From NCBI RefSeq assembly GCF_009914755.1, contig NC_060934.1: DNA of 64,000 bases. The stretch is one strand, 5' to 3'. This DNA is from the human T2T-CHM13v2.0 reference genome, Homo sapiens. Numbering within the stretch: the first letter of the stretch is position 1; every line of letters starts with the position of its first letter. Under the pieces are notes generated by a model. That model did not search any database. It was not told where the DNA came from and worked only from the letters and a program-made list of their open reading frames with translations. The position numbers were made by a program, and so were the translations under genes. This document shows, piece by piece, positions 55,867 to 64,000 of this stretch.

Positions 55867-55869
<3 letters not shown>

Positions 55870-56149
55870 TTAATAGTGGGCCAGCCTGGTGACTTTGAAA
55901 CAACTCAAGTGTCTGACATGAAAGCAAGAGACAGTGTTTGGAACGAGGGCCATGAAATGCAAGTACATTGCAAATCACTCAGTTGTGCTGTCGAGGGAAT
56001 CACAGTCACTATATATATTCTCTTAAATGTAGTTTCCCAGCAAACCTTTCATAAAATTCATAACTGTGGCTGACCTCTGCTACATGCTTGCCACCACGAC
56101 TTTCTCTTCCACCCTCAAATATAACCCAGGCTTGTAAGGCACTTGTGGC

Positions 56150-56555
56150 AAACACTGTTATCATTCCCAACCCCTTCTCCCTTTCTGTCTCCTTCTATAG
56201 AATTCAGAAAACCAGTACTTGCTATCTCAGCTTCCTAGGCATCTAAGGGTGAGCAGAGTCCACAAGGAAGAAGAAAAAGCCTTCAGGAAGAGGATTTTTG
56301 CAAAATATTTCTCTTTCCTGAAATAAGGGCACATAATGCTGACACAGCCTTTCCCACTTACTCTTTCTACAGCCTTGAAAGCATGAGGGATGGAGCTGCA
56401 GCAGCCATCTTGTGAGAAAGAGGAAAACTCCAAGATTAGTATCTGTTCTGATATCTTTGACCCAACTGCCTTTCACTCTGTATGAAAAAGTGTCTATTTT
56501 TGTAGCCACTGTTAGTTGCATTTTCTAGTGCATATGCAGAAAATTCTAACTGATA
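56150..56555 (+). mobile_element. ERVL LTR (LTR16/LTR33 group)
   Basis: gatggagctgcagcagccatcttgtga; ends ttctaactgata. Confidence 0.55.
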
Positions 56556-56739
56556 TGAAATTGCAGAAAATTAGGTGTGTGATTGACAATTGGACCCTTC
56601 TTCTATAAGCGAACAGGTAAATTTTACTTCTCTGACCTTTATGAGGATGGCAGAAACAAAAACCCTTGAGTATAAAATCATTTAGAGCCCATTATGTCAC
56701 TCTCCCACTAGGTTAAAAAAAAAAAAGTGACGTCTTAGA

Positions 56740-57365
56740 CACTCCCTTTATTTCTCCCTGCGGCTTTGCGACTCTGCTGGTTGAGTGCATGATATTCTCC
56801 TGCCCCAACTACTGCCACAGCCTCCCTAGTTACCTTCCTCTCCACTGTGGTACCCTCCCAGTCATTCTCCACCCTGCAGCCCTTGAGGTTTTCCTAGAAG
56901 CAAATGTGATCCATATTCTCCATCATTGCAATGCTCCTTCATGAAAGCCTTCTCTCTGCTGGGAAGGCTCTCCAAGATTTGGCCTCTACATTTCTCTCCA
57001 CCTTCTCCGCCAGCCAATTCTTTTGTAGAGGCACTTCACTACAATGTTCTCAAGCTCCTTAAACTCTCAGCTTCAGCCACCCTGAATTTTAAAATCCCCT
57101 CTCTCACCATTCTAACCCCTCTGCTTGGCTATTTCCCTCTCACATACCTCAATTTTTTCTGATGTATGTATACACACACACACATACACACATACTGCTC
57201 TAGATTTGTTGCTCCTCTTATGTGCCCCCAGTACTTGAAGAAAATATACAATATAAGCAGATATCTTTCTGACTAGGTAGTAAGTTACCTGAGGGCAGGG
57301 CTTGAGTGTGTCTTGTTCACTGTTGTAATGCCAGTGCCCAGAGAAGTGCCTGGCATGTAGTATTA
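56740..57365 (-). mobile_element. L2 fragment
   Basis: ctactgccacagcctccct, ccagtcattctccaccctgcagcc, gagggcagggcttgagtgtgtcttgttcactgttgta. Confidence 0.7.
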
Positions 57366-57479
57366 GAAAAAAGGAAGGAAGAAAGCAAGCAAGAAAGAAA
57401 TCAAGGAAGTAATGAAGAAAAGAAGGGAGGGAGAGAGGGAGATGGGAGAGTAGTCTGATCACTTTCTATTCACCTCCTT

Positions 57480-57800
57480 GTTGTAGGAGGCACCATCTGC
57501 CCTAAATAATATGAGATGGCTGAACACATGTCTGACACCATACAGCTGAGACAAACAGCAGTTTCTTAGTCATATATACTCACAGCCCAGAGTGGGAGAA
57601 CACCACAGTCCCTGCAGAAAAACATGAGAATTGCTTGGGAGCAGACAGAACTGAAAGGAGTTGTAGCAGGCAGGCTCTGTAGTGACACAGGGGTGGGGTG
57701 ACCCTTTGTTCACTTAGGAAGGTGTGATTGGCTTGTTTGAATAATTTTGTGGTCTGGCAGGGGAGTGACTAAATTAAGCTCAGGGTGACTTTTCAGTTAC
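57480..57800 (-). mobile_element. Old LTR fragment (MER68/MER77/MER21 group)
   Basis: tactcacagcccagag, gtgattggcttgtttgaataattt; subfamily uncertain. Confidence 0.4.
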
Positions 57801-58667
57801 CACCAGGGGTATTCAGTGTTGACTGGCTGATCCAGTCCCTGTTCCCAACCTCCTTATCCCTATCTACTTTCCATCCAGGCCTGATCATGTGTCATAGTGT
57901 GGGTCAATGGGACATAAACATAATTGTCTGTGGAATTTCTGGAGAAATTCCAGAGAAAGTTTTGCTTTCCTCGTTAAGGTAATATTCTTTTCTCCTTATT
58001 TTTCCCTCTTTGTTCCTGCTGGAATGCGCACCTAATGGCTAGAACAGCAGCAGCCATCTTGTAATCACTGGAGATAGCCAAGACAATCATAAAGGTTTGC
58101 AACATCTGAAAAAATTTGCCTCTTATTCATTACTTCTCAGGAAGCTATTGTATAATTGAGTTTACTTTTTTACATAAGATTTAATCATACATATTTTCAT
58201 ACATCATTAAATATTCTTTGTAAGTATCAATTTAGATTGTACATATATGATTACATTGAATGGATATACTATAGTATGTCTTTCTTACTATTTTCCCATT
58301 GTTGTGAATATGCTGTTTTATTCATCTTCTGTATCATTCAAATTTGAGGGATTGAGAGTTACAGCTAGCTGTGCACTGTGATGGGCTGCCATTGGGGTTA
58401 GTGTTTGGCTGGACACTGATTTGAATGCCCTCTGGGTTTCAGAAGACATGATGAATGAGTTTGGAGCTTGAAACGCTTGGAAGGCATCTATGCAGTGGTC
58501 TATATTCTAAAGCATGGTGGATACCCACATCTTCCCTATAAGATCCAGGCCCCAAGTGAGCTCAGTGGACATTCCACCTACATGCTGGAGAGATCGGGGG
58601 CTGGACTGAATTGGAAAAGTGTTGCCTAAGGGGCACCAAAGCTAGTGTGGAGAAACAGAATCATCTT

Positions 58668-59842
58668 TTAAAAGAGCCAAGGTAGTGGCTGGTACCAGTT
58701 TTTCCTTTCCATGTTTAGTGCTTCCTTCAGGAGCTCTTTTAGGGCAGGCCTGGTGGTGATAAAATCTCTCAGCATTTGCTTGTCTGTAAAGTACTTTATT
58801 TCTCCTTCAATTATGAAGTTTAGTTTGGCTAGATATGAAAGTCTGGGTTGAAAATTATTTTCTTTAATAATGTTTAATATTGGCCCCCACTCTCTTCTGT
58901 TTTGTAGAGTTTCTGCCGAGAGATCAGCTGTTCGTCTGATGGGCTTCCCTTTGTGGGTAACCCGACCTTTCTCTCTGGCTGCCCTTAACATTTTTTCCTT
59001 CATTTCAGCTTTGGAGAATCTGACAATTATGTGTCTTGGAGTCGCCCTTCTCGAGGAGTATCTTTGTGGCGTTCTCTGTATTTCCTGAATTTGAATGTTG
59101 GCCCGCCTTGCTAGATTGGGAAAGTTCTCCTGGATAATATCCTGCAGAGTGTTTTCCAACTTGGTTCCATTCTCCCCGTCACTTTCAGGTACACCAATCA
59201 GACGTAGATTTGGTCTTTTCACATAGTCCCATATTTCTTGGAGGCTTTGTTCATTTCTTTTTATTCTTTTTTCTCTAAACTTCTCTTCACACTTCATTTC
59301 ATTCATTTCATCTTCCATCGCTGATACTTTCTTCCAGTTGATTGCATCGGTTACTGAGGCTTGGGCATTCGTCACATAGTTCTCGTGACGAATTCTCAGA
59401 TCTCAGATCTCAGATCTCAAGCTGCGTGCTGGGAGAACCACAACTCTCTTCAAAGCTGTCAGACAGGGACATTTAAGTCTGCAGAGGTTATTGCTGTCTT
59501 TTGTTTTTCTGTGCCCTGCCCCCAGAGGTGGAGCTTACGGAGGCAGGCAGGCCTCCTTGATGGTTTTCAGCTCCATCAGGTCCTTTAAGGACTTCTCTGC
59601 ATTGGTTATTCTAGTTAGCCATTCGTCTAATTTTTGTCAAAGTTTTAACTTCTTTGCCATTGGTTTGAACTTCCTCCTTTAGCTCAGAGTAGTTTGATCT
59701 TCTGAAGCCTTCTTCTCTCAACTCGTCAAAGTCATTCTCCGTCCAGTTTTGTTCCGTTGCTGGTGAGGAGCTGTGTTCCTTTGGAGGAGGAGAGGCGCTC
59801 TGATTTTTAGAGTTTCCGGTTTTTCTGCTGTTTTTTCCTCAT
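58668..59842 (-). pseudogene. L1 ORF1 (disrupted); RRM and CTD part still open
   Basis: ATG at 59842; ORF 58668..59375 contains RNEQSLQEIWDYVKRPNLRLIGVPE and REKG; N-terminal half broken by the 170-bp insert and a frameshift. Confidence 0.92.
59392..59561. repeat. Dispersed direct duplicate of 60197-60352 (L1 5'UTR piece copied into ORF1)
   Basis: By-eye alignment: 156 bp with one mismatch, plus two extra TCTCAGA units. Confidence 0.95.
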
Positions 59843-60858
59843 CTTTGTGGTTTTATCTACCTTTGGTCTTTGATGATGGTGACGTACAGATGGGTTTTTG
59901 GTGTGGATGTCCTTTCTGTTTGTTAGTTTTCCTTCTAACAGTCAGGACCCTCAGCTGCAGGTCTGTTGGAGTTTGCTGGAGGTCCACTCCAGACCCTGTT
60001 TGCCTGGGTATCAGCAGCAGTGGTGCAGAACAGTGGATATTGGTGAACCGCAAATGCTGCTGCCTGATCATTCCTCTGGAAGTTTTGTGTCAGAGGAGTA
60101 CCCGGCCGTGTGAGGTGTCAGTCTGCCCCTACTGGGGGGTGCCTCCCAGTTAGGCTACTCGGGGGTCAGGGACCCACTTGAGGAGGCAGTCTGCCCATTC
60201 TCAGATCTCAAGCTGCGTGCTGGGAGAACCACAACTCTCTTCAAAGCTGTCAGACAGGGACATTTAAGTCTGCAGAGGTTATTGCTGTCTTTTGTTTTTC
60301 TGTGCCCTGCCCCCAGAGGTGGAGCTTACCGAGGCAGGCAGGCCTCCTTGATCTGTGGTGGGCTCCACCCAGTTTGAGCTTCCTGGCCACTTTGTTTACC
60401 TACTCAAGCCTGGGCAATGGTGGGCGCCCTTCCCCCAGCCTTGCTGCCGCCTTGCAGTTTGATCTCAGACTGCTGTGCTAGCAATGAGCGAGGCTCCGTG
60501 GGCGTAGGACCTTCCGAGCCAGGTGTGGGATACAATCTCCTGGTGTGCCATTTGTTAAGCCCATTGGAAAAGTGCAGTATTAGGGTGGGAGTGACCCGGT
60601 TTTCCAGGTGCCATCTGTCACCCCTTTCTTTGACTAGGAAAGGGAATTCCCTGACCCCTTGTGCTTCCTGGGTTAGGTGATGCCTCGCCCTGCTTCGGCT
60701 CATGCACAGTGCGCTGCACCCACTGTCCTGCACCCACTGTCCGGCACTCCCCAGTGAGATGAACCCAGTACCTCAGTTGGAAATGCAGAAATCACCCATC
60801 TTCTGCAAAGCTCACGCTGGGAGCTGTAGACTGGAGCTGTTCCTATTCAGCCATCTTG
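59843..60858 (-). promoter_or_regulatory. Near-complete L1 5'UTR (sense promoter leftward, antisense promoter rightward)
   Basis: Minus strand begins CAAGATGGCTGAATAGGAAC (YY1 core gccatctt at 60850-60857); many CpGs decayed. Confidence 0.85.
60417..60680 (+). CDS. L1 antisense ORF0 homolog, open, 87 aa (expression unknown)
   Basis: MVGALPPALLPPCSLISDCCASNERGSVGVGPSEPGVGY matches primate L1 ORF0; good Kozak context gcaATGG. Confidence 0.7.
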   Translation: MVGALPPALLPPCSLISDCCASNERGSVGVGPSEPGVGYNLLVCHLLSPLEKCSIRVGVTRFSRCHLSPLSLTRKGNSLTPCASWVR

Positions 60859-62085
<1,227 letters not shown>

Positions 62086-62649
62086 ACATGGACACAGGAA
62101 GGGGAACATCATACTCTAGGTACTATTGTGGGGTGGGGGTAGTGGGGAGGGATAGCATTAGGAGATATACGTAATGCTAAATGACGAGTTAATGGGTGCA
62201 GCACGACAACATGGCACATGTATACATATGTAACTAACCTGCACATTGTGCACATGTACCCTAAAACTTAGAGTATAATAATATAAAATAAAATAAAATA
62301 AAATAAAGAAAATTATATAATTAGACAAAAAAAGAGCCAAGGTAGTTTTCAGAAATTCATAAAATTATATGGGCATAGCAAGAATGAAAATAAGAAAATG
62401 AGAAATGGATTCATAGTTGGAAAATCCAGAAAATATGAATTATGTCATGTGGTTGCAGTCAGGGGCTGAGGCCACTGACACCAAGTAGACAATGGGTGGC
62501 CTCCTACAAGATGCCTGGCTGCTAGGGTGGAGGCAGATACAAGAGCTAAAAGGAGCTATATCGGCCAGGTAACTCTCCTCTTTATTTTTTCCTGATTGTT
62601 TTCTAACTTTTTAAAAGAGTAAAAACTCCTTTGAATATAAAAATAAATA

Positions 62650-62939
62650 GTGTTCCTATTTCTCCACATCCTCTCCAGCATCTGTTGTTTCCAGACTTTA
62701 TAATGATCACCATTCTAACTGGCATGAGATAGTATCTCCTTGTGGTTTTTCAATCTGCAGTTCTCTAATGACCAGTGATGATGAGATTTTTTCATGTTTG
62801 TTGGCCACATAAATGTCTTCTTTTGAGAAGTGTCTGTTCATATCCTTTGCTCACTTTTTAATGGGGTTGTTTTTTCTTGGATCTAGAACCAGAAATACCA
62901 TTTGACCCAGCAATCCCATTACTGGGTATATATATACCC
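62650..62939. mobile_element. Second L1PA with 5' inversion, interrupted by HERVH
   Basis: 62650-62878 is antisense ORF2 (tgttcctatttctccacatcc...); 62879-62939 is sense (ggatctagaaccagaaataccatttgaccc...). Confidence 0.85.
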
Positions 62940-63380
62940 TGTCAGGCCTCTGAGCCCAAGCCAAGTCATCGCATCCCCTGGGACTTGCAGGTATATGCCC
63001 ACATGGCCTGAAGTAACTGAAGATCCACAAAAGAAGTAAAAATAGCCTTAACTGATGACATTCCATCATTGTGATTTGTTCCTGCCCCACCCTAACTAAT
63101 CAATGTACTTTGTAATCTCCCCCACCCTTAAGAAGGTTCTTTGTAATTCTCCCCACCCTTGAAAGTGTACTTTGTGAGATCCACCCCTGCCCACCAGAGA
63201 ACAACCCCCTTTGACTGTAATTTTCCATTACCTTCCCACATCCTATAAAATGGCCCCACCACTATCTCCCTTCGCTGACTCTCTTTTCGGACTCAGCCCG
63301 CCTGCACCCAGGTGAAATAAACAGCCATGTTGCTCACACAAAGCCTGTTTGGTGGTCTCTTCACACGGACGCGCATGAAA
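62940..63380 (+). mobile_element. HERVH 5' LTR, LTR7Y (type Ia)-like
   Basis: TGTCAGGCCTCTGAGCCCAAG...GGACGCGCATGAAA; type II U3 repeats (ctttgtaatctcccccaccctt) joined to type I ccagagaacaaccccctttgactg; TATA at 63244-63250; AATAAA at 63316-63321. Confidence 0.9.
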
Positions 63381-63432
63381 TTTGGTGCCGGAACTAAGCA
63401 GCTGCCAGCTTGACTTTTAGCTTAGTGAAATT

Positions 63433-63450
63433 TGGTGCCGTGACTCGGAT
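63433..63450 (+). other. Retroviral primer-binding site for tRNA-His
   Basis: TGGTGCCGTGACTCGGAT, 18 nt. Confidence 0.93.
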
Positions 63451-63872
63451 CAGGGGACCTCCCTTGGGAGATCAATCCCCTGTCCTCCTGCTCTTTGCTT
63501 GGTGAGAAAGATCCACCTACGACCTCAGGTCCTTAGACTGACCAGCCCAAGAAACATCTCACCAATTTCAAATCCGGTAAGCGGCCTCTTTTTACTCTCG
63601 TCTCCAAACTCCCTCACTATCCCTCAACCTCTTTCTCCTTTCAATCTTGGCGCCACACTTCAATCTCTCCCTTCTCTTAATTTCAATTCCTTTCATTTTC
63701 TGGTAGAGACAAAAGAGACATGTTTTATCCATGAACCCAAAACTCCGGCACCGGTCACGGACTGGGGAGGCAGCCTTCCCTTGGTGTTTAATCATTGCAG
63801 GGACGCCCTCTGATTATACACTCACGTTTCAAGGGTGTCAGACCACGCAGGGATGCCTGCCTTGGTCCTTCG

Positions 63873-64000
63873 CCCTTAGCGGCAAGTCCCGCTTTCCTGG
63901 GGCCGGGGCAAGTACCCCTCAACCCCTTCTCCTTCACCCTCAGCGGCAAGTCCCGCTTTCCTGGGGCCGGGGCAAGTACCCCTCAACCCCTTCTCCTTCA
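63873..64000. repeat. 64-bp tandem repeat in the HERVH leader (at least 2 units)
   Basis: 63873-63936 and 63937-64000 differ at one base. Confidence 0.9.

Larger units (their letters stand above)
63381..64000 (+). mobile_element. HERVH internal leader (continues beyond the window)
   Basis: PBS-His, ggggacctcccttgggagatcaatcccc, splice donor CCG|GTAAGC at 63576/63577, C-rich leader. Confidence 0.93.

Noticed and set aside
62130-62151. G-quadruplex-like G-runs
   Set aside because: Standard feature of the L1 3'UTR
63376-63440. Repeat-spacer-repeat layout (15/35/15) resembling a minimal CRISPR array
   Set aside because: Human ERV context, only two repeats, the repeat is the LTR end plus PBS, and there are no cas genes
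63433-63450. tRNA-His complementary sequence as a possible tRNA gene
   Set aside because: Only the 18-nt retroviral PBS; no tRNA body

Overview
This is human (or at least hominoid) genomic DNA, not prokaryotic. An AluYb-lineage element at 48.0 kb points to human. The window is AT-rich, CpG-poor and repeat-dominated (old L1M, L2, MIR, CR1, MaLR/ERV LTRs, Tigger3, Charlie/MER58, eight Alus). I found no convincing protein-coding exon, RNA gene or CpG island, and the ORF track is essentially repeat-derived or noise. The richest part is 58.7-64 kb. (1) An L1PA4/early-L1PA3 insertion has a twin-priming inversion that keeps the whole 5'UTR, so its antisense promoter and an open 87-codon ORF0 face the element's own 3'UTR/polyA. 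(2) A much younger 170-bp templated self-copy of the 5'UTR sits inside ORF1. (3) A second inverted L1 is interrupted by a HERVH provirus with an LTR7Y-type LTR. That provirus has an unexplained 35-bp insert between 15-bp direct repeats at its LTR/PBS junction. Repeat names come from my recall of consensus sequences, not a database run. Boundaries of old repeats are approximate (about +/-50 bp). I cannot establish a new biological system from sequence alone, so the findings are testable hypotheses.
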